This document shows positions 8,657 through 17,783 of a DNA stretch of 64,000 nt, piece after piece (the stretch's first letter is position 1; each line of letters starts with the position of its first letter). Below the pieces are notes generated by a model. It saw only the letters and a program-made list of their open reading frames with translations. It searched no databases and was not told the origin of the DNA. This DNA comes from Candidatus Woesearchaeota archaeon (GTDB lineage Archaea; Nanobdellota; Nanobdellia; Pacearchaeales; GW2011-AR1): the NCBI GenBank assembly GCA_964493885.1, contig CAZBPV010000003.1, forward strand, positions 7,831 to 71,830. The letters are read 5' to 3'. The position numbers and the translations under genes are program-made.

Positions 8657-8878
8657 ATGGGGCATAAGCAAGAAGAGAATAAAACACAGAAAAACGCTCA
8701 AGAGAAGAAAAGTGTGAACATCAGCGTAACATTTGATAAATCTATCTGGGAGATTATAAGCAGTTCACAGGAGTTAGGCGAGAGTGATTCTGGAAAAGTC
8801 AATCATATCTGTGTTTCTTGGCTAAGCGAACACGGAATTTTATCAGGAATTATTAAAAAGAGGTTAAATATAAGATGA
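8657..8878 (+). CDS. Small ribbon-helix-helix (CopG-like) DNA-binding protein, putative
   Basis: 73 aa with a beta-strand VNISVTFDKS followed by two helices. It is a cargo gene next to the IS, and its stop overlaps the next ORF start (ATGA). Confidence 0.4.
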   Translation: MGHKQEENKTQKNAQEKKSVNISVTFDKSIWEIISSSQELGESDSGKVNHICVSWLSEHGILSGIIKKRLNIR

Positions 8879-9087
8879 CTTTTCAACAAGGGCTACAATT
8901 AGCCATAGAAATATTTGAAAATAAAATTATAAATCTTGAAAATGATTATAAACAAAAGCATATAGAAGATTTTGATAGGCAAAAAATGAATAAACATATT
9001 AATAAGAAATTAAAAAAAGAGATTAATGGGCTAATTTTTCTTAATTTAGCGTATCCTGTAAAAATTCTAAAAAACCGAAAGATTTAA
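8875..9087 (+). CDS. Hypothetical small protein (coupled to the RHH gene)
   Basis: 70 aa, Lys-rich, no motif. Translationally coupled to the upstream RHH ORF. Confidence 0.35.
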   Translation: MTFQQGLQLAIEIFENKIINLENDYKQKHIEDFDRQKMNKHINKKLKKEINGLIFLNLAYPVKILKNRKI

Positions 9088-9112
9088 ATAACCTGATTAG
9101 CTATAGACTAAT

Positions 9113-9379
9113 ATGGTTAGTCCAATTCCAAAATGGGTGTGGAAGCGTTATGCTAAACTTTGGCAGAAATTTGCTGATAAACCTTTTACATTTGAACAAG
9201 CGAAAAAAGAATTAAAGTTTTTAGACAGAAATGTAATCAGCGTTATGTTTAATGAATTAAAAACTGCTGGATGGATTAAAGTAGGTTTAAATGAAAAAGA
9301 CAGCAGATTCAGAGTATATAACTTAATAAATCCCGAACAAATAGTGGAGAGCGTAGAAAATGATATTAAGAAGCATTAA
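9113..9379 (+). CDS. Winged-helix DNA-binding protein, putative regulator
   Basis: 88 aa with a helix-turn-helix-wing pattern (ISVMFNELKTAGWIKVG...RFRVYNL). Confidence 0.45.
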   Translation: MVSPIPKWVWKRYAKLWQKFADKPFTFEQAKKELKFLDRNVISVMFNELKTAGWIKVGLNEKDSRFRVYNLINPEQIVESVENDIKKH

Positions 9380-9746
9380 AGTAGAACATAAGGATGAAAA
9401 AACAGGTTTAGTCTCAAAAAGAATTATAACCTCTGAATGGGAAACTCATAATCATAAAATAGCAGTAAATAATTCTTTATTCTCCTGCGAACAAAAGAGA
9501 ATAGATAATAAAAAACAAATTTTAAATGCCCCTTTTCAAATACATCATATTTTCTTTAATAAAAAAAGAAATATTTGGAATTTTGATAAAATGGCGGAAA
9601 GCAAAGCTCACGCCTCAAGATTAGGAAGATTCTATTTGCCTTTTCAACAGAGAAACGCAAAACAATGGGAAGGTTTAGCTTTTCAAGAAGCAGAGGCAGA
9701 TTTTCAAGAGTTAGTAACAAAAGGTTTCCTTATTCTATCCCATTAG
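9360..9746 (+). CDS. Hypothetical protein (island cargo)
   Basis: 128 aa, no motif. It overlaps the next ORF by 82 nt in another frame. Confidence 0.35.
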   Translation: MILRSIKVEHKDEKTGLVSKRIITSEWETHNHKIAVNNSLFSCEQKRIDNKKQILNAPFQIHHIFFNKKRNIWNFDKMAESKAHASRLGRFYLPFQQRNAKQWEGLAFQEAEADFQELVTKGFLILSH

Positions 9747-10465
9747 ACGCCTCTTTAGAAGAATGGAAAAAGAGGAGAGTTGATGCACTATCCTTACTTA
9801 ATCAAAACCAAAGTTTAGTGGCTATATTCTGTTCAAGACATCAAATAGATTTATTTGAGGAAATTTTTAATTATGAATTTGAAAATTCAAAGTTGATAGG
9901 AGTGCAGTGTTATGGATTAAATGACGCTAATACCTTGCTTAATTTAATGAGAATAAAATCAAGAAATATGATGTTGCAGACAGGAGATATATCTCCTTTA
10001 CTTGTTGGATTAAATTACGAGAAAGTTCAAAGAAAGTTAGCTTTTGTGTCTGGTAGTTTTGCTTATTCTTGTTTTGGATTTGATATTTTATCTTGTAGAC
10101 AACTTTGTATGGAAAATATGCCTGCGGATGCAATAAGAAAGATGTTAAGCAGAAAAATAGAGGAAATTTTGAGATATGATAAAACTCTGGGTGGTTTTAA
10201 TCAGTCAGCAGAACAGGAGTTTTGGGATGGAGTTAATTTAACAAGGGCATTTTTGGAAAGGGTTAGTGTAACAGAGGGCTTAAATCAATATCAAGCTATA
10301 CAATGGGCAAATCATAGAGAACAACAAAAAGATTTAGACATCTTAAATGATTATATTTTAGAAACAGCTTACAAAGAAGATGCTCTTTTGAATTATATTG
10401 AAACTGAAAAAGAAAAGTGGGCAGTTTATTGGAAAACTAAAATGATTAAGTACACTAAGTCTTAA
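9665..10465 (+). CDS. Hypothetical protein (island cargo), possibly the frameshifted continuation of the upstream ORF
   Basis: 266 aa. Its frame is open from 9590, so a -1 shift anywhere in 9590-9746 would fuse it with the 128-aa ORF. Confidence 0.35.
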   Translation: MGRFSFSRSRGRFSRVSNKRFPYSIPLDASLEEWKKRRVDALSLLNQNQSLVAIFCSRHQIDLFEEIFNYEFENSKLIGVQCYGLNDANTLLNLMRIKSRNMMLQTGDISPLLVGLNYEKVQRKLAFVSGSFAYSCFGFDILSCRQLCMENMPADAIRKMLSRKIEEILRYDKTLGGFNQSAEQEFWDGVNLTRAFLERVSVTEGLNQYQAIQWANHREQQKDLDILNDYILETAYKEDALLNYIETEKEKWAVYWKTKMIKYTKS

Positions 10466-10729
10466 ATAATCCCTACTAATACATTACTGGCTACAAAAAC
10501 CTACTTCTATTGTTAATGTAATAATACTCTCGAGCTTTTCAATCTTGTAATTTACTATTTAAAACGTGTAGCCCCTAATTATTTTTAGAGTTTTATTAAC
10601 ATCTCATTTACCAAAATTTAATTTTATCGAAGAGAAAATTACTAACTATCCTCTTAACATAATCTAAAAGTAGGTAATTTCAATTAGAGGGGAAGTATTA
10701 TGGTTTGATGTAATTAAGCCAACCATAAA

Positions 10730-13408
10730 TTAATATTTTTCTATAATATCTTGCTCTGTTTTTGTTATTCCATATAGACTATATATTTCTTCATTAATTT
10801 CATAATCTACATTCTTAATCTGTTGTTCTGAATTTTCTTTGCATAGTTTCATCATTCTTTCTACTAACTCTTTTATTTTATTTGCCTGTTTTTGTTCTGG
10901 GATTTTGACAGGCAGTAATTTTAAGTAAGGAATATCAAATCTGATATACCCCCCTGCCATATGCGTTGTTTCAAACTTCATCTTATAATAATAATTAATC
11001 AGTTTAGAGTTAATAATCGCTAACAACACTTCAAATAAACCTTCATCTTTGGGGATTAGAATAGATGATTTTCCAATATAATAACCCTCATCGTCAATAG
11101 TCGCCTGAACGCCCTTGGTTACCCTCGCTATAACAATTTTTCTTTTTTTGAATAGCTCTTTTAATTTATCAGAATATATTTTATTCTCAATATATTCCTT
11201 TTTCCAATCTATGCTATATCTTTTTATATCCCTTGTCTGAATCATAGGAGAGTATTTTTTGTCGTTTTGCTTATCTTCTCCTTTGTGCGTGGCAAAACCA
11301 GTAATAGACGAACCCCATACAAAAGTTTCCTGATAATCTTTTAGTTTTTCACACCCCTCTAATTTAGAAATAATCTCTTTATTTTCTGAAGTAGAACTTA
11401 TCATAAAATTTAATTTATTATCTTGTCTAAATTCTTCCTGTTCAATCTCATTCAGTTTTAAATTAGGAACTATATCTTTTTCATCTTCAATAATCGCCAC
11501 ACCTAATTTATTATTTTTGATTAGCCCTTTTTTGAATATAGTTATAACTGGATATGTAGAAGCGTCTTTGAAAATTCTTAAATGAGAAACATCAACTATT
11601 TTCTTTAATGAAGTTTCTTTTAACATTAACTCTCTCAAAGCAAAAGCATTTTCAGTTGATAAGTAAGTGTTAGGATTAATAAATCCAAACATCCCGCCCT
11701 CTTTTAACAATCTTATAGACTTCTCAATAAACAACTGAAATAAATTGTATTTTACAACCTTGCCATTAACATTTGAAGATTCATAATTTTTATTAAAATA
11801 TTCTGTGCCTTTTATGTTAGAATAATCTACATATGGCGGATTTCCGATAACAATATCAAAACCACCTTCCTTTATTGAGGGAAATTGAGCGTTCCAATTA
11901 AATGCCTTTTCATAATTAGAATCAGAAATTAAGCTATTCCCATTTTTGATATTATCTTTCATAGTAGGCAAAACTCTTTTTCTTGTTTCTCTTGTTTCTT
12001 CTTCTAAAATCTTTAATAATAAATTAAGCTGTGCAAGTTCCACAGCTTTCTCATCTAAATCTACTCCATAAATACAATTTGTTAGAATAGTTGCTTTTTG
12101 ACTTATATTTAATCTCTCGTTATATGAATTAAAACTATTCCACTTCTTTGATTTTTCGCCTTTATTTAATTTTTCTTCTATAACATTACATAATTCTTGA
12201 AATGCCCTAATCAAGAAAGAGCCAGAGCCACAGGCACAATCTAAAACTTTTACCTCTAAAATCTCATCTATTGATTTATTCTTAACATACTCTCCGAGAG
12301 TATTTTTTACTATATAATCCACAATATAAGAAGGGGTATAGTAAATTCCCATACTTTTTCTTTTTCCACTTAACAAATCTAACTTAACTCGCTTTTCTGT
12401 TCCTCTTAAAACCACTCCTAAATACTGCTCATAAATACTGCCTAATAAGTCAATAGGAATCTCATCAAACATATATCTCTCTTGATGTTCTTGCGTTCCA
12501 TAATATAATCCTTTTATAACTTTAATGATATTTTTATCATCAAAAAATCCTTCTTTTTCTAACAACCCATCAAAAAAGAGTTTAGAGTTATACTCCTTAT
12601 CAAATATTCTAAATTGAATTTTTAATAATGCCCAAAGAGTTTTATCAGTTCTGCCTTGCTGAACATCATCTATCTTTTTTAGTAAAAAGTCTTTTTCTTC
12701 TAATCCTCTATCTTCAACAGAACGCATAAAAATTAATCTATCAATTAGAATCTGAACAATCTCATCAATTTGAGAATCAGTTAAATAAGTTCTTTTATCC
12801 TTTAAGTCCTTTGAAAGCCACTCTCTATACTGAAGTAAATCGGTTAATATTGCTTCATCAATCGGTTTAATTAACTTCTTGTCTACATTTTTAAGAAGTT
12901 TATCAATTTCATCTTTTTCAAAACTCTCTCTTGATAATAACCATAGTCTATCAAACTGCTCAATAAAATTCTCACAATCTATCCAGAAATAACCCTTATC
13001 ATCTTTCAATAAGTTTTTATCTATATTCTTGATATTAGATAATGCGTGATAAACTCTTATTTGTTTAAAATTAGTTAATACAGAAAACTTTATGTTTTTA
13101 TGGTGTGCATAAGAAACAGCCTGTCTTCCTTCTTTTTCTTCAAGTTTAATATCTGTTGCTTTTGCTTCTATCACTAACTTTTGCTGGTTTCCAATCCTTA
13201 ATATATAATCTGCTCTTCCTTTCAATACCCTTTCTTCTTTATTAATATCTTCTAATTCCCAACCCAACGCCTTTAGTAATGGCTCAATAAATCTAAATTT
13301 TATTTGTTCTTCTTTCATTCCATCAAGTTCACTTTTAGGAATAGCTAAGAATTTATTTACTATCTTTCCTACCTCTTGTTTTGCTGTTTCCTTATCCATA
13401 GAAATCAC
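10730..13408 (-). CDS. Type IIG (MmeI-like) single-chain restriction-modification enzyme: PD-(D/E)XK nuclease + gamma-class N6-adenine methyltransferase + TRD
   Basis: The N-terminus has D67...E81-A-K83 (GRADYILRIGNQQKLVIEAKA), compared with MmeI D70/E80/K82. MTase motif I is VLDCACGSGSFL and motif IV is GNPPYV; a C-terminal TRD-like region follows. Confidence 0.85.
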   Translation of the reverse strand: MISMDKETAKQEVGKIVNKFLAIPKSELDGMKEEQIKFRFIEPLLKALGWELEDINKEERVLKGRADYILRIGNQQKLVIEAKATDIKLEEKEGRQAVSYAHHKNIKFSVLTNFKQIRVYHALSNIKNIDKNLLKDDKGYFWIDCENFIEQFDRLWLLSRESFEKDEIDKLLKNVDKKLIKPIDEAILTDLLQYREWLSKDLKDKRTYLTDSQIDEIVQILIDRLIFMRSVEDRGLEEKDFLLKKIDDVQQGRTDKTLWALLKIQFRIFDKEYNSKLFFDGLLEKEGFFDDKNIIKVIKGLYYGTQEHQERYMFDEIPIDLLGSIYEQYLGVVLRGTEKRVKLDLLSGKRKSMGIYYTPSYIVDYIVKNTLGEYVKNKSIDEILEVKVLDCACGSGSFLIRAFQELCNVIEEKLNKGEKSKKWNSFNSYNERLNISQKATILTNCIYGVDLDEKAVELAQLNLLLKILEEETRETRKRVLPTMKDNIKNGNSLISDSNYEKAFNWNAQFPSIKEGGFDIVIGNPPYVDYSNIKGTEYFNKNYESSNVNGKVVKYNLFQLFIEKSIRLLKEGGMFGFINPNTYLSTENAFALRELMLKETSLKKIVDVSHLRIFKDASTYPVITIFKKGLIKNNKLGVAIIEDEKDIVPNLKLNEIEQEEFRQDNKLNFMISSTSENKEIISKLEGCEKLKDYQETFVWGSSITGFATHKGEDKQNDKKYSPMIQTRDIKRYSIDWKKEYIENKIYSDKLKELFKKRKIVIARVTKGVQATIDDEGYYIGKSSILIPKDEGLFEVLLAIINSKLINYYYKMKFETTHMAGGYIRFDIPYLKLLPVKIPEQKQANKIKELVERMMKLCKENSEQQIKNVDYEINEEIYSLYGITKTEQDIIEKY

Positions 13409-13450
13409 AAGAAATACTTATTTTTAAAACCTATCAAAATCACTCTATTA

Positions 13451-13500
13451 ACTCCCGACACTTAACACCCTTACTCATCTCCCGAAGACTTAACACACCC
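13451..13500. repeat. Two tandem copies of the CCCG-N3/4-CTTAACAC motif
   Basis: ctCCCGacaCTTAACACcc (13452-13470) and tctCCCGaagaCTTAACACaccc (13478-13500). An inverted copy is at 7324-7341 and a further copy at 21369-21387. Confidence 0.6.
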
Positions 13501-13515
13501 TCGGAAAAAAACTTA
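13500..13515 (-). terminator. Putative oligo-T terminator after secE
   Basis: A T7 run on the minus strand (A7 at 13505-13511 on plus) lies about 46 nt after the secE stop, next to the GC-rich motif. Confidence 0.25.
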
Positions 13516-13556
13516 TAGTGAAAAATCTTGATTTTTGCTCTATAAACTTTTCACTG

Positions 13557-13682
13557 TTATCTTACAATATATTTCATCACTGCAGAAATTGCAAAACCAA
13601 TAATTCCTAAGAGGATTATTCCAACTCCAGCTATTTTTGCAGTCTGAAGTAATTCTTTTTTAGAGGGTTTTCTTAATGCCAT
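13557..13682 (-). CDS. secE: Preprotein translocase subunit SecE (Sec61 gamma)
   Basis: Hand-found 41-aa ORF MALRKPSKKELLQTAKIAGVGIILLGIIGFAISAVMKYIVR (single TM). It sits immediately downstream of ftsZ, the conserved archaeal position. Confidence 0.7.
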   Translation of the reverse strand: MALRKPSKKELLQTAKIAGVGIILLGIIGFAISAVMKYIVR

Positions 13683-13754
13683 CCAGACTCTTTTACATTT
13701 CAATAAAAAAGATGATAATATCATAGTCTAATTATATTTGTAGGGTTTTTAAAA

Positions 13755-14858
13755 TTATTCAAAGAAATCTATCCCAAGTTCTTCTTCTATTTCTTTATGC
13801 CTCATAACTTCTATAGGATCTCCCTGTCCTAAAATCTGAGAACTTTTGACTCCAGTAACAATTAGTAATACTCTAATAGATTTGTCCATGTCTGGAGCAA
13901 TTTGAGCCCCCCAAATCATCTTTGCATCTGGGCTTAATTTTTCTCCTATATGTTCAATTATTTCCTTGCATTCATCAAGGCTCATATTATTTCCTCCGAC
14001 AATATTTATCAAAGCTCCTGTTGCATTGGATATGTCTACATCTAACAAAGGATTATGCATGGCTTTTGTAACTGCATCAATTGCTCTCTGTTCTGTATCT
14101 GACTCTCCCATACCTATCAAGGAAACCCCTCCATTAACCATTACAGCTTTAATATCTGCAAAATCAAGATTAACTAAGCCAGAGGTTGTTACAAGCTCTG
14201 TAACTCCTTTTACAGCATTTGTAAGAATTTCATCAGAAATTTTAAATGCAGTGTGCAATGGGAGTTCTGGAGCAAGTTCTAAAAGCTTATCATTAGGTAT
14301 TACTATAAGAGTGTCAACATTTGCTTCTAATTTTTCTAATCCTTCCATAGCGTTTTCAATTCTCTTCCTTCCTTCTATAGTAAAAGGGAGAGTAACAACT
14401 CCTATAGTCAAAGAACCTTGTTTTTTTGAAATTCTTGCTATTTCAGGGGCAGCTCCTGTACCAGTCCCTCCTCCTAAACCGCAAGTAATAAAGACCATAT
14501 CTGCTCCAGAGATTTTCTTTTTTATCTCAGATTCTGATTCTTTTGCAGCTTCTTCACCAATTTTAGGGTTGCTGCCTGCACCTAATCCCTGAGTTAGTTC
14601 TTTTCCAATCAGTATTTTTTGGTCAGCATTAGCATATAACAAATCCTGAGCATCAGTATTAATTGCTATAAGCTCTCCTCCTTTTATTCCAATCTCCTTC
14701 ATTCTGCTTAAAGAGTTATTTCCTCCTCCTCCAACCCCAACTACTTTAATTTTTGCAGATTGTTTTTTTAATAACTCTTCAAGTTCTCTATCTATTTCTC
14801 TTACTTCTTCAGAAATGTTGTATGAAACATCCGCGCTTTGACTATAAGTTATACTCAT
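13755..14858 (-). CDS. ftsZ: Cell division GTPase FtsZ
   Basis: GGGTGTG tubulin signature (GLGGGTGTGAAP) and NTD/T7 loop, 367 aa. Confidence 0.95.
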   Translation of the reverse strand: MSITYSQSADVSYNISEEVREIDRELEELLKKQSAKIKVVGVGGGGNNSLSRMKEIGIKGGELIAINTDAQDLLYANADQKILIGKELTQGLGAGSNPKIGEEAAKESESEIKKKISGADMVFITCGLGGGTGTGAAPEIARISKKQGSLTIGVVTLPFTIEGRKRIENAMEGLEKLEANVDTLIVIPNDKLLELAPELPLHTAFKISDEILTNAVKGVTELVTTSGLVNLDFADIKAVMVNGGVSLIGMGESDTEQRAIDAVTKAMHNPLLDVDISNATGALINIVGGNNMSLDECKEIIEHIGEKLSPDAKMIWGAQIAPDMDKSIRVLLIVTGVKSSQILGQGDPIEVMRHKEIEEELGIDFFE

Positions 14859-14884
14859 GAAAAATTGAGGTTTGAGTTGTTTAT

Positions 14885-15023
14885 AAGAATTGTTGTGCTT
14901 TTATCTATAACATTCATAGATACAAATCCACGCAGTGATTTGCATAAAGAATTGTTGTGCTTTTATCTATAACATTCATAGATACAAATCCACGCAGTGA
15001 TTTGCATAAAGAATTGTTGTAGT
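14885..15023. repeat. Tandem direct repeat, 63-bp unit x 2.2, in the ftsZ upstream region
   Basis: The unit aagaattgttgtgcttttatctataacattcatagatacaaatccacgcagtgatttgcata occurs at 14885-14947 and 14948-15010, with a partial copy to 15023. Its core acaaatccacgcagtgatttgca recurs in the repeat at 24699-24812, and the 13-mer aagaattgttgtg also occurs at 19414. Confidence 0.9.
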
Positions 15024-15689
15024 TTATTCTTTATTTTCTTTTGATTTATTTTTATCTGTTTCTTTTTCTTCAATTACATTTAAATTTAAATTAAATAAAT
15101 CTTTGAACTTATCCTTAAATAAGGTAACCAGATTAATTAATTGTTTTTCAACAAAAATTGATAATTCCTTGTCTTTTATCTCAAATCTAAAATTTTTTCT
15201 AAATAAGAAATCAATAAAGGATTTTATCTTTTCGTTAATATCCTCAAGTTTTCTATTAATCTTAAGATCATATTCCAGATCTTTTCCTGCAAGAGGATTA
15301 TTAAAATCTACTCTGACTCTTCCTCCTGAAACAGAAAGTACTTTTGCTATTCTCCCATCAAAATTAAACATTGCTCCTGGAAAAGGATTTAATTTATGCT
15401 GCCTAAAAACAGAGGGGGGAACAATTTGCACTAATTTAGGGTCCCTATTTCCAAAAGCTTTTTCTGCATTTAGTTCTAAATGATATTGCTTTCCTATTTC
15501 TTTTCCAATAAGAAAATCATCAATTCCCCTTAAGAACATGCCTTGTCCTAAAGAAAAGATAAAAGGCTTTGCAGTTGTTTTGAGATTTGCCTTTTCAATA
15601 TCAGATTTGATATTTGAATCAAATATATCTCCATTTTTTATTTTTCCAGTAAATTCAATTTCAATAAAATCTTTTTCTTTTAATACCAT
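15024..15689 (-). CDS. FKBP-type peptidyl-prolyl cis-trans isomerase (long archaeal type with IF insert)
   Basis: FKBP fold motifs (GQGMFLRGIDDFLIGKEIGKQYHLELNAEKAFGNRDPKLVQIVP); the C-terminal tail is Lys/Glu-rich. Confidence 0.8.
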   Translation of the reverse strand: MVLKEKDFIEIEFTGKIKNGDIFDSNIKSDIEKANLKTTAKPFIFSLGQGMFLRGIDDFLIGKEIGKQYHLELNAEKAFGNRDPKLVQIVPPSVFRQHKLNPFPGAMFNFDGRIAKVLSVSGGRVRVDFNNPLAGKDLEYDLKINRKLEDINEKIKSFIDFLFRKNFRFEIKDKELSIFVEKQLINLVTLFKDKFKDLFNLNLNVIEEKETDKNKSKENKE

Positions 15690-15739
15690 GATATTTGTTT
15701 AGTAAAAACGTTTATAAATCTATTTTTTTTGGATTAGAT

Positions 15740-16132
15740 ATGGTTGCAAGGATAATTGATGCTACAGATGCTAAGGTTGGAACAAATATAATTGTTGATG
15801 GAAAGCCTTGTACTGTAAAAAAAATTGACATAAGTAAGACTGGGAAACATGGACATGCAAAAGCTAGAATTGAGGCTGTTGGGATGATTGATGGCAATAA
15901 AAAAGTTTTTGTTGTTCCAGGACACGAGAGGCTAGAAGTTCCAATGGTAGATAAAAGAAAAGGGCAAGTCTTAAGCAAAGGAGAAAATAGTGTAAGTATT
16001 ATGGACTTGGATACCTTTGAAACACTAGAAGTAGAATGCCCAGAAGAAGATGTAAAATCTCAATTAGTCGAGGGGGAAAATGCAGAGTACTGGGATATTG
16101 AAGGAAGAAAGATAGTAAAGAGGAAACTTTAA
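15740..16132 (+). CDS. eif5a: Translation initiation factor 5A (aIF5A)
   Basis: Hypusine loop STSKTGKHGHAK. Start chosen at the Met matching the aIF5A N-terminus; the track ORF starts at 15695. Confidence 0.9.
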   Translation: MVARIIDATDAKVGTNIIVDGKPCTVKKIDISKTGKHGHAKARIEAVGMIDGNKKVFVVPGHERLEVPMVDKRKGQVLSKGENSVSIMDLDTFETLEVECPEEDVKSQLVEGENAEYWDIEGRKIVKRKL

Positions 16133-16144
16133 GGATAAACTAAA

Positions 16145-16306
16145 ATGGCTAAAATACCTGAAGCACAAAATAGACTTTTCAGAAATGTTTTCATTTGTAA
16201 AAGATGTAACAGCAAGATTAGGAGTGACCCCTTGAAAATACTTTTGGGGAAGGTTAAATGCAGAAAATGCGGTTACAAAGCATTCAGGCCAATAAAGAAA
16301 AAATAA
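16145..16306 (+). CDS. rpl40e: Ribosomal protein L40e
   Basis: Hand-found 53-aa ORF MAKIPEAQNRLFRNVFICKRCNSKIRSDPLKILLGKVKCRKCGYKAFRPIKKK (C4 zinc ribbon, L40e pattern). Confidence 0.75.
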   Translation: MAKIPEAQNRLFRNVFICKRCNSKIRSDPLKILLGKVKCRKCGYKAFRPIKKK

Positions 16307-16322
16307 GAGTTAATTAATAAAG

Positions 16323-17762
16323 ATGAATTTTGTAATATATGACCTAACACTTTTAGTTGTATTTGCTATTGCTATCTCAATTTTTCTATACTCAAGAAGA
16401 AATAATCTAAAAAAGGAAGGATTACTACTCCTCTATAAATCTGATTGGGGTATAAAACTTATTGAGAGAATAGGGAAAAAATACCCAAGAACAATAAAGA
16501 TATTAAGTTATTTATCAATAATTTTAGGCTATTTACTGATGATAACAATGGTTTACTTATTTGTAAAAATTGTTATGGTTTATGTATTTAATCCAGAAAT
16601 TGTGAGGGCAATAAAAATTCCTCCTATAATGCCATTGATACCTTATCTCCCTTCGATATTCAAACTTAATTTTTTGCCTCCTTTTTATTTTATTTATTGG
16701 GTAATAATCATTGCAATAATTGCAATCCCTCATGAATTAGCTCACGGAATTTGTGCAGCATATAATAAAATAAAGATAAAAAATACTGGTTTTGGATTTT
16801 TTCCATTTTTTCTTCCAGTATTTCTAGCAGCATTTGTAGAACCAGATGAAAAAGGAATGAATAAAAAGGATAAATTCAGCCAAATGGCAATTTTATCGTC
16901 TGGGACATTCGCAAATGTTGTTACAGCAGTGTTTTTTTTATTTATCTTATGGGCATTTTTCTCCTTGTTTTTTTCTCCAATAGGAGTGGTATTTGATACT
17001 TATTCCTATTCTATAATAAATATATCAGACATTTCAAAAATAAATAATTTAAGTGTGATTAATAGCAGTTATGATGGAGTGCTTGATTTAATGGACAATA
17101 CTAATATTAATATTATCGAAGCTAATAATATTAAATATATAGGGATTAAAACAATTCTAGAGGAATCAGCAAACAAAGAGTTATTTAAAAAACAGGGGAA
17201 AATGGTTTTATATGACTATTCTCCTGCAATAAAAAACGGAATTATCGGCGCTATTACTAAAATAAATAATGTGAAGATAGATAGCAAAGAAAAATTAGCT
17301 AAAGAATTATCCTTTAAAAAACCTGGTGAAGAAATAGAAATTCAAACCTTTGATGGAGAAACTTATAATTCTCAAAAGATAATACTTGAAGAAAATCCTG
17401 AAAAAGAAGGTATGGCTTGGCTTGGAATTGGATTTATAGAGCAGGAACGTCAAGGGATTATGGGAAATATTATGAATGCTATGTCTAGGTTTAAAGAACC
17501 AAATGTCTATTATCAAGGAAAATTTGCATTTAGTGATTTTATTTACAATCTTTTATGGTGGATTATTCTTGTTTCAATAAGTGTTGCATTAATTAATATG
17601 CTCCCTATTGGAATATTTGATGGGGGGAGATTCTTTTTCCTAACTATGACAGCAGTAACTGGAAGTGAGAAAATAGCTAAAAAAACTTTCTCTACCTTGA
17701 CACTTATTTTCTTATTGCTTTTAGTATTAATGATGTTTTTCTGGGCTTTTAGCTTTTGGTAA
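16323..17762 (+). CDS. Site-2 protease family (M50) intramembrane zinc metalloprotease with PDZ-like region
   Basis: HELAHG (HExxH) in a TM helix, the downstream NMLPIGIFDGG (LDG) motif, and multiple TMs. Confidence 0.8.
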   Translation: MNFVIYDLTLLVVFAIAISIFLYSRRNNLKKEGLLLLYKSDWGIKLIERIGKKYPRTIKILSYLSIILGYLLMITMVYLFVKIVMVYVFNPEIVRAIKIPPIMPLIPYLPSIFKLNFLPPFYFIYWVIIIAIIAIPHELAHGICAAYNKIKIKNTGFGFFPFFLPVFLAAFVEPDEKGMNKKDKFSQMAILSSGTFANVVTAVFFLFILWAFFSLFFSPIGVVFDTYSYSIINISDISKINNLSVINSSYDGVLDLMDNTNINIIEANNIKYIGIKTILEESANKELFKKQGKMVLYDYSPAIKNGIIGAITKINNVKIDSKEKLAKELSFKKPGEEIEIQTFDGETYNSQKIILEENPEKEGMAWLGIGFIEQERQGIMGNIMNAMSRFKEPNVYYQGKFAFSDFIYNLLWWIILVSISVALINMLPIGIFDGGRFFFLTMTAVTGSEKIAKKTFSTLTLIFLLLLVLMMFFWAFSFW

Positions 17763-17783
17763 AATGATTAGGGAATTGAAAAG

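Noticed and set aside
13409-13556. Region between secE and the RM gene considered as a remnant of a second, inverted IS6 copy
   Set aside because: Only the 18-bp motif is shared with the transposase 3' end; flanking sequence shows no further similarity.
13966-14592. 208-aa plus-strand ORF
   Set aside because: Entirely antisense to ftsZ.
15103-15978. ORFs 15103-15483(+), 15712-15978(-) and 15734-15925(-)
   Set aside because: Antisense to the FKBP and aIF5A genes; low-complexity translations.
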